Shown here: positions 37,279 to 51,269 of the stretch, piece by piece
Layout: each line of letters begins with the position of its first letter
Numbering within the stretch: the first letter of the stretch is position 1
Assembly: GCF_028641065.1 (NCBI RefSeq)
Contig: NC_073412.1
Coordinates: forward strand, 5,456,001 to 5,520,000
DNA: 64,000 nt
Direction: 5' to 3'
Origin: Leucoraja erinacea
Taxonomy: Eukaryota
Notes under the pieces: generated by a model
What the model was told of the DNA's origin: nothing
Databases searched by the model: none
The model's input: only the letters and a program-made list of their open reading frames with translations
Program-made: the position numbers and the translations under genes

Positions 37279-38005
37279 TCTGTGGTCTGGTACTTCACTG
37301 GGCAATGGAGATAGCAACCATCAACAGCACTCTGCACCTCGCAGTCGTTTGGATATCACTGCTTTGACTGATCAATTCTCACAGTTTGAAAAATGAGCTA
37401 ACCACACTGTTCTTCACTCCAGCAGGGACATGTCGTGTTTAGTTGCCAGCTGAGATCAAGGGCAACACAGCAAGTACCCTCCAACACTTTTACAAATTAA
37501 CAATCTGTATTTTTTTTCCCCCCCCTTTATGAATATGCAAAAGCCACCAATTCCCACCGTGGTCATTCTTACTAACTTAATTCCAGTCTTGAACAAAAGT
37601 GGATTCATCTGTCATTCCTGTAATTGAATCATTTCAGCTTCATCCAATTATCCAATATAATATGCAAATGAAATGGACAATTGGCGTTGCATACTAATTG
37701 CATTCATCAGAATAATTAAATCAGTGCAGAGTGGAAAGTTTAACTGAACAATCATAAAACGAAGCAGGTTCTTTAATTAAGGCTACAAAAAAAATTTAAT
37801 TAGGAACTGTAATCTGGCCTGAAAATGCTGAAGAACTCCGGTGCGATAAGGAGCATTACTCTTATTATCAAGTTTCCCTTCTGAGGCCCTACTTACCATT
37901 CGTGGGATATCTATCAGTCATCTGAAAGATGGCAAAACTGTGGCAGATTGCAGCCAATTGCCAGCTCAGTGAAGCTTCCTCACAAGCTAATTACGCAGTA
38001 TTCCA

Positions 38006-38380
38006 GGTCATTGGCTATATTGAAGAGGGAGTTAGATGTGGCCCTTGTGGCTAAAGGGATCAGAGGGTATGGAGAGAAGGTAGGTACAGGATACTAAGTT
38101 GGATGATCAGCCATGATCATATTGAATGGCGGTGCAGGCTCGAAGGGCCGAATGGCCTACTCCTGCACCTATTTTCTATGTTTCTATTCCAAAACTGCTG
38201 GTGTGATAATCCCAGGTACACAAAAATGCTGGAGAAACTCAGCGGGTGCAGCAGCATCTATGGAGCGAAGGAGATAAAAACGTTGCCCCTCTCCTTCTCT
38301 CCAAAGATGCTGCTGCACCCGCTGAGTTTCTCCAGCATTTTTGTGTACCTTCGGTTTTCCAGCATCTTCCTTCTTAAACA
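38006..38380. mobile_element. CR1 tail (+, 38006-38185) and subfamily-A fold-back (38213-38380) with TSD ataatcccagg
   Basis: TSD at 38206-38216 and 38386-38396. Confidence 0.8.
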
Positions 38381-39649
38381 CAGTAATAATCCCAGGACCA
38401 CTGTGGGATTTCAGGCTCTGCTACCTAACAACAAATCCGTACCAGTTGAACAGAAATGATGAAGGTGAGATTAAAAAATCTTTGATAGACGCCAACAATG
38501 GCTGTGTTATGTGGATTGGGAATGGCATTTTAAAATTATTTTTATTAGAAGCAAGCCCATGTTACAAACATTTCATGTATATCAGTCGTACATTGTTAAT
38601 ATTATCAGTTATGGATTGGTTCTGCTTCTAGTTTTTTTTTTAAAGATGGGAAGAAAGAGAGAAAGAGGAAAAAAGAAAAACACAAATGTCAAGATTAAAA
38701 AAAAGAATGGAATGGTTTACTAATAATACATCTTTGGAGATAGGTTTGTGGATTATAAAGTATAACTTTCATCTAATCCCGAGTTCAAGTTTTGGTTAGG
38801 TTCCCATGCTGGACTGATCTACCCCTTCAAATAATCAATGAATGGAGACCATATTCTAACAAAAAGTTCTTGTTTGACCATTAAGACAAATCTGATTCTT
38901 TCCAAGTGTAAGGTCTCTGCCATTTCCATAATCCACATTTTAATTTCCAAAAACATTAACCAGCAACCGTGGAAAGAAAAAATGCTGTTCCATTCGTTTA
39001 CGCACAGATTATGCCGAAACTTGTGTTTCTCTACACTACATTACTGCAGTTTGATGAGGAGACAGCAATATAATCAATACGAGATGCCCATTCAGCAAGG
39101 AATTCACTAAGCACCTCCTTTATCCTGCCAAATTGTTGAATCCATCACCTCACAAATCCTTGCCCAGACCTCCCAATATTTCCAATTTAATTTTGCCTCA
39201 ATATTTCCAATTTAATTTTGACACCCACCCACCACTGAACAGAAGTCACAAATGGCATTCACTGACACTGTTGTGTCTTCGCTCCTTCAGCGGCCACTGA
39301 TGCTGCGTTTCCTGCCGATCCCGCTACTTTCCAGCTGAAAAGAATTATCCTTACTAGGTTTTAATTGCAAATTTATGACCCAAACATATCCACTAACAGG
39401 CCCCATCTCGAGGCTTTCCATTATATCTGGAGGCATTTATTGATTAGTCCTCAAACCCTTAGTCAATAATCCATCTTCTTAGGCAGTCCCTTGGGAATCC
39501 AAGACCACTTGCTTCCACTTCAGCTTTGTGAGTTCTGAGGCGACTGATAAGGTCAATGGGGAAACCACAGGTAATGTTGTCGGAGCCTGATGGACAGACT
39601 GTTGCTAGCTTGTGAGACCCTCTGGTGCTGCTACAGGTTATGCCCTTGT

Positions 39650-40555
39650 GGTATTAATATCACCAATGATCTGTATTGAACCAACAGCCAAGGCTGCACA
39701 CCAATGTCTTTATTTCATGAGGAGACGGAGAAAAACTCAACATGTCTCCAATGTCTCTTACACACCACAGATTTGCCATAGACCACCATAGCTTGGTGTG
39801 GGAACAGTTCGGCCCCAGACTGCAATAAACTGCAGAGAGTTATAGATGTGGCCCAGTCCATCAGACAGGCCAGACTTCCCACCATTTATACTTCACGCTG
39901 CCTCAGAAAAGCAGGCAACATAATCAAAGTCTTGTCCCACTCCGGTAATTCCTTCTTCATCCCGCTCCCGTCCGGCAGAAGTTACAGAAGCTTGAACGCT
40001 CGCCCCACCAGACACAGGAATAACTTCTTCCCCTCTGTTATCAGGCTCCTTTGGACCGCACTTTCATAAGCTAGTGTTCTGTCCGATTCACATCAACCCT
40101 ATTGTAGATTACACAAAAAAGCTGGAGAAACTCAGCGGGTGCAGCAGCATCTATAGAGCGAAGGAAATAGGCAACGTTTCGGGCCGAAACCCTTCGGGTT
40201 TCGACCCGAAACGTTACCTATTTCCTTTGGGTTTCGGCCCGAAACGTTGCCTATTTCCTTCGCTCCATAGATGCTGCTGCACCCGCTGAGTTTCTCCAGC
40301 TTTTTTGTGTAATCTTCGATTCTCCAGCATCTGCAGTTCCCTCTTAAACCCTATTGTAGACATTGGACTCTATCCATGGAACTGATGTGCTGCAATGCTG
40401 AGAACTATATCCTACACTCTGCATCTTTCCCTTTGCTCTACCTATTGTACTTGAGTTTGACTTGATTGTATTTATGTATAGAATTATCTGATCTGGTTGG
40501 TTAGCATGCAAAGCATAGGTTTTCACTATACCTCGCTGACAATAATAAACCTATT
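39650..40555 (+). mobile_element. Rex1/Babar-type LINE 3' fragment interrupted by a subfamily-A fold-back (40109-40346)
   Basis: VAQSIRQARLPTIYTSRCLRKAGNIIK..LPSGRSYRSL..RHRNNFFPSVIRLL. 14-nt TSD aaccctattgtaga at 40095-40108 and 40347-40360. Confidence 0.8.
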
Positions 40556-40817
40556 CTGAAGTTTGCATGGGGCTTCAGTGTACTGCTGCAGCATGGATTC
40601 GAATGCTCCTTCTCTATTTTGAGTGGTCAGACCACAGATACTCAGAGTCAGAGCTACAATTGTTCAAGAATGCATGGATTTTTTTTCTTAACCAGCCTTC
40701 TCAATACACAGGTTGATTCTTCGAGTCTTAGTTTTGAGAGTCTGGTGTTAGGCTTGCAAATTACATGACCTGCCATGAAGACTGAAGAAGAATCCCCACC
40801 TGAATCCTCACCTATCC

Positions 40818-41436
40818 TTTATCTGCAGTTGTACAGGGTCTTGGTGAGACCACACCTGGAGTATTGCGTACAGTTTTGGTCCCCAAATCTGAGGAAGGAC
40901 ATTATTGCCATAGACATTATTGCCATAAAGGGAGTGCAGAGATGGTTCACCAGACTGATTCCTGGGATGTCAGGACTGTCTTATGAAGAAAGAGTGGATA
41001 GACTTGGTTTATACTCTCTAGAATTTAGGAGATTGAGAGGGGATCTTATAGAAACTTACAAAATTCTTAAGGGGTTGGACAGGCTAGATGCAGGAAGATT
41101 GTTCCCGATGTTGGGGGAAGTCCAGGACAAGGGGTCACAGCTTAAGGATAAGGGGGAAATCCTTTAAAACCGAGATGAGAAGAACTTTTTTCACACAGAG
41201 AGTGGTGAATCTCTGCAACTCTCTGCCACATAGGGTAGTTGAGGCCAGTTCATTGGCTATATTTAAGAGGGAGTTAGATGTGGCCCTTGTGGCTAAGGGG
41301 ATCAGGGGGTATGGAGAAAAGGCAGGTACTGGATACTGAGTTGGATGATCAGCCATGATCATATTGAATGGCGGTGCGGGCTCGAAGGGCCGAATGGCCT
41401 ACTCCTGCACCTAATTTCTATGTTTCTATGTTTCTA
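40818..41436 (+). mobile_element. CR1 3' fragment (low divergence)
   Basis: LYRVLVRPHLEYCVQFWSPNLRKDI...; internal 15-nt duplication gacattattgccata. Confidence 0.92.
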
Positions 41437-42519
41437 TCTCCAGCGATGCTGCCTGACCCGCTGAGTCACTCCAGCACTTTGTGTCTATATCTTTTGTAAA
41501 CCAGTATTCCATTACTCATAATTTTGAAAAAAATCCAAGAGCCACGCTAACAACTACACATAATAAATGAAGAAGGGTTTCGACCCGAAACATTGCCTAT
41601 TTCCTTCGCCTCACCCGCTGAGTTTCTCCAGCATTTTTGTCTACACATAATTAATGGTCAATGCAGTAATAGAAATCATGAGACAATATATATCCATATT
41701 AAAACACCAATTTCATATTAGGCTGTAAACAGCAAGTAACAAATGTACGACTCCCCACATAATTATGGCAAATTATATGGATATGAGGATCTTTCTGACT
41801 GAGATGATAAAAGTGGATGGAATAATAACCACTCTTTGGATAAGACCGTTTGAATCAAAAATACTAATAACAGAATGGGAAATGAAAGTGGACAATGGTT
41901 GAAAGACAATATGAAAATATTTGGTTCAACAAGTACTTGCTGTGCATTTTTTACACCCTAATTTTGTCAGAAGCGGTTGGAAAGTATGGTCCCATATGCA
42001 TCAAATGGCTTTAAAGCCATATCACCCACAGTCAGCCCACACTTCCACTGGTTTCTCTAATAACATATTGGCCTTAACCCAGCAGCTCTGGGTCATTATG
42101 CCACGATAGTTTGTCGTGAGCATTCTGTAGATTATTAATTGTACTTGAGTTTGCCACTCAATCACATAACGATAATGTTATGAGCTCCTTTTATGTTGTT
42201 AAACGCTTCTTGGCTGATGTACCTTTAAATGTTCGAAACTAGAGGAAGTATCTCATTAAACAGCTTAATGGTCTATTTTGATATTGGTTTGGAAAGGTCT
42301 GAAATATGCACCTGGTGCTTTGCTTTCAACATGCTCGATGTTTCAGATGTACCTGGGAAGAACAGGTGAGGGGAAACAACCTCCTTGTATATCCATTTGA
42401 GACAGTCTTCTTGTTTGAAGGCAATGTCCCTCAGGGGATAAATACAGTGCCTAATGGCATATGATTTACCTGTTCAAACCAAGTAGGTACGAGGTTTGGT
42501 CTCTGATTCATGCTAACCC

Positions 42520-42960
42520 TATTGGGCACCTTATCTGAGGAAAGATGTGCTGGCCCTGGAGAGGGTTCAGAGGAGGTTTACAAGAATGATTCCAGGAATG
42601 AGTGGGTTAACCTCAGTGGGTGAGCGTTTGATGGCACTGGGCCTGTACCGGCTGGAGTTTGGAAGAATAAGGGGGGGACCTCATTGAAACGTACCGAACA
42701 GTGAAAGGTTTGATTAGAGTGGATGTGGAGAGGATGTTTCCACTAGTGGGAGAGTCTAGGACTAGAGGTCATAACCTCAGAATTAAAGGATGTTCTTTTA
42801 GGAATTTCTTTAGTCAGAGGGTGGTGAAGGCTGTGGAGGCCAAGTCAATGGAAAATCTTAGCCTTTAAAAATATCCACCGACTTGGCTTCCACAGCCTTC
42901 TGTGGCAAAGAATCCCACAGATTCACCACCTTCTGACTAAAGGCAATTCTCCTCATCTCC
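42520..42960. mobile_element. Degenerate CR1 fragments
   Basis: gcaccttatctgaggaaagatgtgctggccctggagagggttcagaggagg on +, followed by an inverted piece. Confidence 0.7.
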
Positions 42961-43636
42961 TGTATTAGCCTGGCTATTTTACCAATAACTGTGGCAAACA
43001 TCTTATAGAAACCCAAGGTACACAAAAATGCCTGAGAAACTCAGTGGGTGCAGCAGCATCTATGAAGCGAAGGAAATAGGCAACATTTCGGGCCGAAATC
43101 CTTCATCAGAAAGCCAAGCTTTTTTCAATATTCATGGATAGGTGAAACAAAATATTGCATTTATAGTGTACCGTTGAAAACTTTAGAATATTGCAAAACA
43201 TGATACCCAAAGAAGTACCTTTGTGATGTAGAAAATGTGGCGGCCAAAATAAGTACAACACAAAGACCAATGTGAGTTGATTTTAAGTGATATTTATGAA
43301 GGCATAACTGTTGCCTGGGTCACAGGGATTCATCTTCCTGCTTTGCTTTGAAATAATACCAAGGAAGTTTAGAATAATCTGCATGAGCTGACAGAGCCTC
43401 AGTTTGATGTCTTATCAAAAGATCTCCACCTTCAGAAGAATAGAACTTTCTTGCTGATACCATGGGACATCAGTCTACATTTTTGGTACCCAAGTCTCTG
43501 GAATGGCAGTGAACTCTCAACCTCAGGATAGGAAAGGCTATGGGTAAGAAATAATTAGAGGTGATTTTTTTGTTGGAGACGGAAGTTCAAAAACTTAGAA
43601 ATTCCTCTCCCAAACATACACTTCTAACTTTTTAAA

Positions 43637-43795
43637 GGTACACAAAAATGCTGGAGAAACTCAGCGGGTGCAGCAGCATCTATGGAGCGAAGGAAATAGG
43701 CGACGTTTTGGGCCGAAACCCTTCTTCAGACTGATGGGGGGGTGGGGGGGGGGGGGGAGAAGGAAGGAAAAAGGGAAGAGGAGGAGCCCGAGGGG
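43637..43795 (-). mobile_element. Single-arm subfamily-A element with 15-nt TSD
   Basis: ttctaactttttaaa at 43622-43636 and 43796-43810. Confidence 0.82.
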
Positions 43796-44921
43796 TTCTA
43801 ACTTTTTAAACTGATCCCCAATCTTGGACTAAAGATATCAATGGATATTTTTAAGGCATGCACAATTAAAGCATGGAATAATCTCCACCCTACTATAGTT
43901 ACCCAACCAGATGCAACTAAGTTTAAAGTAGCTCTTTCTATCCAATAACCCTTTCTGGCTTAAGCCCTCCCTTCACCACCTCCAGTTTAAATTCCATTTG
44001 GAATATTTTGGAGGACCAGGAAACCAAGAACCAAGGGATACGTGCCAGATGGGATGAGCTTCAATGGGGCATCTTGGCGAAGTTGGGTCAAAGTTGTGTT
44101 GTATAACTCTAGGGTTCCGACTAGAGGCACAAGTAATAACCACAGAGCTACAGCTAAAACAATCTGCCAATCCCAAGAGGGATCCAGGATGAGAACCATG
44201 GTTATGTTTGCTACCCGAAGACCACACTAAATCTCGGCCCATAGCTGGCCAAGATTGGCTATCTCCATGAGGAATGTGCAACGCCTATGCACAGAGCCTT
44301 CGAGACTTGATTCTCTCAAAGCTATAATTTCTGAAAAGCTTTTTAGAAGATTAAAGGCTCAGAACAAGGAGTGAGTGGTAAGTGGGGGAAGGAAACTTTT
44401 GAATCTACCAAAATCATAAGCCACGCTGCAGCAGTGAATCTGCAGCTTCAATACAATTAATCAAACTCGGAAATTTCTGAGACAACTTAAATTAACAGGT
44501 AATGGAATTTTTAAAAAACATGGCACAAAAACTAACTTTCAAGTGTTATTTGGCTCAAGCTGCCCTTTCATCTGCACTTTTGCACTGCTCACCATTATTC
44601 TCAACACTAATCTGAGGCAAGAACACCGGGTTCCCTATTTAGTTTCACTAAAATTACAGTTCTCTATTTCCCAATGTTTCCATTTTGTTGAAACCAGCCC
44701 ACTGATTAATTAATCCCGTCAGAAACCATGATGCGTTTTGAAAAAATAACTTTGAACTTCAAGGCCCATGGGTGGAAAAGTGTCCAACCAGTATCCTTCA
44801 TCCAAACAAAATCGAGACAAAGACTGAGGGACAGAACGCAAGCCGGAGAAGAGGACAATTGTCAGCATCTGTCCAATTTCTCTTGGATTTTTTTAACTAC
44901 CCCAAGGCGATGGACAAAGAA

Positions 44922-45546
44922 ACAGGATTTGAATATAGAAGCTGGGATGTAATGTTAAAATTGTACAAGGCATTGGTGAGACCAAATCTGGAGTATGGTG
45001 TACAATTTTGGTCGCCCAATTATAGGAAGGATGTCAACAAAATAGAGAGAGTACAGAGGAGATTTACTAGAATGTTGCCTGGGTTTCAACAACTAAGTTA
45101 CAGAGATAGGTTGAATAAGTTAGGTCTTTATTCTCTGGAGCGCAGAAGGTTAAGGGGGGGACTTGATAGAGGTCTTTAAAATGATGAGAGGGATAGACAG
45201 AGTTGATGTGGACAAGCTTTTCCCTTTGAGAATAGGGAGGATTCAAACAAGAGGACACAACTTCAGAATTAAGGGACAGAAGTTTAGGGGTAATATGAGG
45301 GGGAACTTCTGTACTCAGAGAGTGGTAGCGGTATGGAATGAGCTTCCAGTGGAAGTGGTGGAGGCAGGTTAATTGGTATCATTTAAAAATAAATTGGATA
45401 GGCATATGGATGAGAAGGGAATGGAGGGTTATGGTATGTGTGCAGGCAGGTGGGACTAAGGGGAAAAAAAAATTGTTCGGCACGGACTTGTAGGGCCGAG
45501 ATGGTCTGTTTCCGTGCTGTAATTGTTATATGGTTATATGGTTATA
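44922..45546 (+). mobile_element. CR1 3' fragment
   Basis: GFEYRSWDVMLKLYKALVRPNLEYGVQFWSPNYRKDV...; (ggttatat)n tail. Confidence 0.92.
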
Positions 45547-47312
45547 ATGGAATCGAGGGTTCCTCGGTCTACTGTCAAGATTTACCATGAATTATCGTTC
45601 TGGATTTGCCTTGACCATATCATTGTATCACGAGCCATTTGATAAAATTGTATATTAATCAATAAATAGTAAAAATTGCAGGTGAATTTTAGATAATATC
45701 GCAGCACAGTTCTTAGACAAGTAGGGTGCAGTATGTGGAGATGTTATGAAGGGAAAGGGTGCTTAGAAAAATCATTGTATGATTGTCGGAATCAATATAC
45801 ATTGATTGAAGCTTGTCATAATCAATTCCGGAGTTCCTCCCCGTAGGTCAAGTTAAACACAGAGTGTGGAAGCAAAGATAGGAGAGTGGGTTAAATGGTA
45901 CCAAGGAATATGTAGAAACAAAGAACCACAGATGCTGGTTAATATACAAAAGGACACAAAGTGCTGGAGTAACTCAGCAGGTCAGACAGCATCTCTGGAG
46001 AATATGGATAGGTGATGTTTCAGATCGATGTCTTCAGAATCAGAAATGTTGCCTATCCATGGTCCCCAGAGATGCTGCCTGACCTGCTGAGTGACCAGCA
46101 CTTTGTGCCACCTTGTATACTGCGGAACATGTTGGATTTAAGGAGGGCTTTGAAAATGTGAGGAGATTCAACAAAGACTTCCAGACTATGATGACAACAA
46201 TGGCTGAGTAGAACACAGATAAAAAGAGCCAGCGTTGGGTTTGATCTGGCTGGGCCATGAAGATGAAGAGATTACAGGGATAGGGGGATTTTACATGGAG
46301 TGCGTTTGATACGCTTTTGTGCAGAATAGGAATGTGGGTCAAGATAAATATTGGGGTCAATGTGCCCGTGAGACCAATGACCTGGTAATGAGGGAACATT
46401 TGCACAGGTTAGTTAATGTCTCTCTTTGGTGATTGGATTGAGTATGATCCTCAAATAAGATATGGTTCCACAAAACTGGAAAGAAATGTCTTATAATTCA
46501 GAACTCAATTACCAAATACCACAAAATTCTGCTGCTATTCATCCGTCGGCTTGTTTTGATGGCAAACTATGAAGCAAGAAAGCAGGCAAAATCCAGGGAT
46601 TCATCAGTGCATAATTATCAGAAAATGTCAGGCTGTGTTCTGCCGTGAAGAATTACATGCTGCAAGTCTTGCCTTACCCTGTAACTGGCGCGAGAGTGAC
46701 CATCACAGCTGATAATTAACACATTCTGAAGAAAGCAAGATGAAAAGCAAGAAAAACAAAATAGGGGAAGGGGATTCAGGTTGTTATCTGAAAGATCAAG
46801 GAAAACTTACTACTGAAGGAATTGTAATAGATCACCTATACAGGGCACCCTTGAACCATAATTAACCTGGCAAAACTGCCAGTGAAGCAAGCAACTTATT
46901 TTTAAAGAATCCAAGATGGGCTGCTTTCCTGCATTTTTGTTTCTTTCATCTATGAAGGTGCAAAATCATGCAAGATATATTTAGAAAGAATTACATATAA
47001 TGTAAAATAATATGTGTGTTATGATTGTGTTTATAATTTGTTTGGTTGTTTTGTTGTTCCGCGAGCATTGCCACTTTCATTTCACTGCACATCTCGTATG
47101 TGTATGTGACAAATAAACTTGACTTGACTTGACATAGACGTTACATGCAGAAACAGCCCGTTCAACTGGCCTGTTCTCTACCTGGCCCGTATGATTTCAA
47201 AGCTATCCTCTTTGCTCTGCCAACCCTTCCCTCCACCTCTTCTGCGAAAGAAAACTACTGTTTTTCTCTTTTTGCCAGTCGGTTGTCCACCAACTCCACA
47301 CCAGCTATCACC

Positions 47313-47622
47313 CGGCACGGCGGCATAGCGATAAGAGCTACTGCCTTACAGCGCCAGAGACCCAGGTTCAATCCTGACGATCGGTGCTTTCCTGTACGGA
47401 GTTTGTACGTTCTCCCCGTGACCTGCGTGGGTTTCCTACCAGATCCCCGGTTTCCTCCCACACTCCAACGACGTACAGGTTTGTAGGTTAATTGGCTTGG
47501 TATAAATGTAAAATTGTCCCAAGGATGTGTGTAGGATAGTGCAAGTGTGCGGGGATCGCTGGTCGGCGCAGACGCAAGGGGCCGAAGGGCCCGTTTCCGT
47601 GCTGTATCTCTAAACTAAACTA
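47313..47622 (+). mobile_element. tRNA-derived V-SINE (HE1-like)
   Basis: cggcacggcggcatagcgataagag A-box region, GGTTCAATCC B box at 47365-47374, (taaac) tail. Confidence 0.85.
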
Positions 47623-48004
47623 TCAAGGATCCAGTTACACTGCTCCCAAAAATCCCATCAACTCTCCAAACTCTACCACTCTCCCACAGATTGGCAGTAA
47701 TTGACCGTGACTGAATAATCTGTCTCACCACACCTTTTGGGTTAGGAGAAATTCAGAGCTCTCAGGGGAAAACCATGCTGTTGCAGGAAGAACATTGCAA
47801 ACTCTGCACAGGATGCACACAATGTCGGGATTGAAGTCAGTCCACTGGAGCTGTGAGGCAGCAACTCTACTTGCTGTGCCACAGTGAACTACTTAACCCA
47901 TCTGTAAGAACAACATTGATAACTCTCTCTGGATATTAGAAATGCTGTGTTGAAATGGTACCAGTACCTCAGTCTTCCACCTTGTTTCCAATGCACAAAC
48001 TTTC

Positions 48005-48600
48005 TAGGCTGTTCTACTTCCTGAGAAGATTACGGAGAGTCGGCTTGTCAAGGAGGACTCTCTCTAACTTCCACAGGTGCACAGTAGAGAGCATGCTGAC
48101 CAGTTGCATCGTGGCTTGGTTCGGCAACTTGAGAGCCCAGGAGAGGAAAAGACTACAAAAAGTAGTAAACACCGCCCAGTCCATCATCGGCTCTGACCTC
48201 CCTTCCATCGAGGGGGTCTATCGTAGTCGCTGCCTCAAAAAGGCTGGCAATATCATCAAGGACCCACACCATCCTGGCCACACACTCAGGTAGAAGGTAC
48301 AGGAGCCTGAAGACTGCAACGACCAGGTTCAGGAATAGCTACTTCCCCACAGCCATCAGGCTATTAAACTTGGCTCGGACAAAACTCTGAACATTAATAG
48401 CCCATTATCTGTTATTTGCACTTTATATCAGTTTATTTATTCATGTGCATATTTACGTATATAATGGTATATGGACACACTGATCTGTTCTGTATTCATG
48501 CCTACTATGTTCTGTTGTGCTGAAGCAAAGCAAGAATTTCATTGTCCTATCAGGGACACATGACAATAAACTCTCTTGAATCTTGACTTGACTTGACTTG
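48005..48600 (+). mobile_element. Rex1/Babar-type LINE 3' fragment
   Basis: LFYFLRRLRRVGLSRRTLSNFHRCTVESMLTSCIVAWFGN..RCLKKAGNIIKDPHHPGH; aataaa then (cttga)n tail. Confidence 0.85.
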
Positions 48601-49386
48601 GTTCTGGCTATACGACACGGAGAACACAGGCTTTTGCCTAGAAAGAATGCAACTGCAGAAACCAGCCATGTTCTAAACAGGATTCAGCCATCCAGGTGTT
48701 ACCTCATAGTTAGCTAGAGAACCACGAAGATTTGTCTGGGTGTAAAATTGTAAGACTCAATGGATGACTTGAACCACTTGAGGGGAAATGAGCTAAACAC
48801 TCAGACTTCAAAGTCCACTGACCCATGTAAGCTGGGACTGGCATTCACCGTCAGTCTGCTAGGGCGAATGGTTATGAACTTCTTCATTCATCAGGAGCCA
48901 AAAAAACACAAAGCCACTACTGGGCGCTTTCAAAGTACAAGCAACGACATGTTTGTCCTGGATGGATCGGAAATAATTAAAAGCTGCACATCAATGTCAA
49001 AACACTATCTTTTTCTGTGCTGTAGCTTTAATCTAAGTTGCGCATTGCATTAATGTTTTATTGAAGAAATGAGTTCAGCACAAAGTTCAAACAACGGACA
49101 TTATTTGAAACACCATGCCATGTAGTTACAGATCCATCCCCCCAGCTGGAAAGTCTGCCGACTTCAGCTTCCAATGTTCTTAACAAGTTCCAAAATTCTC
49201 ACCTACAATGAAAATCTTTTCCACGCATTATACGTATAAGAACAAAATTGTTCAAACATTGTTCTCAATTTGCCTCCCCTCCTCCTATGAGATAGTGTTT
49301 ATAAATAAATATAGATTCATACATTTATCTAATCCCTCATTAGTACCTTGAAAATGAAACGCCTTTCTAAAATTCATCAAGTCGAT

Positions 49387-49895
49387 TTAGTTTTCGTTTT
49401 AGAGATACAGCGCAGAAACAGGCCGTTTGGCCCACCAGCGATCCCCGCACATCAACACTACCCTACACACACTAGGGACAATTTACACTTATACCAAGCC
49501 AATTAACCTGCAAAACTGTACCCCTTTGGAGTGTGGGAGGAAACCGAAGATCTCGGAGAAAACCTTCGCCGTCATGAGAACGTACAAACTCTGTACAGAC
49601 AGCACCCGCAGTCGGGATCGAACCCGGGTCTCCAGTGCAGAAAGCGCTGTAATGCCCCCGTCCCACTTAGGAAACCTGAACAGAAACCTCTGGAGACTTT
49701 GGGCCCCACCCAAGGTTTCCGTGCGGTTCCTGGAGGTTGCAGGTGGTTGCAGGTAGTGGAAGCAGGTAGGGAGACTGACAAAAACCTCTGGGAACCGCAC
49801 GGAAACCTTGGGTGGGGCGCAAAGTCTCCATTGGTTTCCGTTCAGGTTTCCTAAGTGGGACAGGGGCTTTAGGCAGCAGCTCTACTGCTGAGTCA
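49387..49895 (-). mobile_element. HE1-like SINE interrupted by a MITE
   Basis: SINE body 49387-49650 resumes at 49870 (aggcagcagctctac). Confidence 0.8.
49653..49868. mobile_element. PIF/Harbinger-like MITE, nearly palindromic
   Basis: About 80-nt imperfect TIRs (GCCCC(C/T)GTCCCACTTAGGAAACCTGAAC..GGAGACTTTG..CCCCACCCAAGGTTTCCGTGCGGTTCC); TAA/TTA flanks. Confidence 0.88.
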
Positions 49896-50599
49896 CCGGT
49901 GATTAAAATATAAACCAGTTTTTAATACAGACTCTGCCAAAGAACCCATAAAATTCCGCCTACTGTGAACAAGTTTTCAAGAATCACTTCTGTCCTTTAT
50001 AAAAGTGTCAGGAGTTCATTGCATTATACAACTGTTTCTTAGCAGGTAAATATCTGATCCTCACCCTTGCCTCCCACCAACCCCCCCACAACCAGTGTTG
50101 CACGGAGTTAAACAGATCAAGAGAGCACCAGATTCATTTACCAGCTGATTTCAGTCAGTAGCCCACTGCTTGGCTGGGTTGATGGGCAACCAAACTGAAC
50201 TTTGGAACACTCTCAAATAGCATCAGATGCAACGCCAATTCAGATTCATACTGTGTTCCACTTGAACTCTGATTGATATTGCATCTATTGTCGAAACCAA
50301 AAACTGCAGATGCTGGTTAATACACGAAAATACACAAGCTGCTGCAGTAACTCAGCGGGTCAGGCAGCATCTCTGGAGAACATGGATAGGCAACGTTTTG
50401 GATTGGGATGCTTCAGACCCTTCACTCTGAAGAAAGGTCCAGTCTCGAAATGTCACCTATCCACGTTCTCCATGACGCTGTGTTTAAGAAGGAACTGCAG
50501 ATGCTGGAAAATCGAAGGTACACAAAAATGCTGGAGAAACTCAGCGGGTGCAGCAGCATCTACGGAGCGAAGGAAATAGGCAACGTTTCGGCCCGACAA

Positions 50600-50757
50600 C
50601 AGAAACAGGGGCCACAGAAAAAATTGGGGATTTAGGGGGCCACAGGTTCAATGAAGGGTGCCATGTTTTTTCCGCTAATAATGTCGGGGGGCAGGGGGGC
50701 ACAGAAAAATTAAAGAGCCCAAGGGGGCCATGAACTAAAACAAGGTTGGGAACCATT
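50600..50757. mobile_element. hAT (Charlie-like) terminal fragment
   Basis: Ends aaggttgggaaccattg, resembling the CAGTGGTTCCCAACCT terminus; repeated ggggccac subterminal motifs. Only one end seen. Confidence 0.5.
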
Positions 50758-51269
50758 GATTTAAACGCAGCTGGTCATGGCATGAATTTCATATAACAAC
50801 CTTATTGAGTTGTGTTAGATTGTCAGTTCAATGGTACTCTGTCACATGTGCCTAACTCCATTGACATTTTTCAGTGACAATGACAGTTCATTGACAATCC
50901 TGCTATACATTGTTTAGAATTGTTTAAATCGTCAGAAGGCTAAATCAATATCAGTGATAATATGGTAATTGGCTTGCATAATGTGTCACTGGAACTCTTG
51001 GTAACCAAATTCCATAATTCCACCTGGTTGCAATGACATTCACACATGCCGAGCAAGGACATGGATTTAAAACGCATGTGAAGGAGAGTGCTTTATAATA
51101 AAGCTGTTTGAGGGGGTGGAAGATTTCAACCTTCCCTGTTTCGACTAATGCAATCAACTCGACGTGCACAAACGGAAGATCAAATAGAACAAGTTGTCCA
51201 ACAACTTTAGGCTGTGCACGCCACATGAAAGAAGAAGAAGCAGCTGTTTGAGATGTTTGGAAATCGTTA

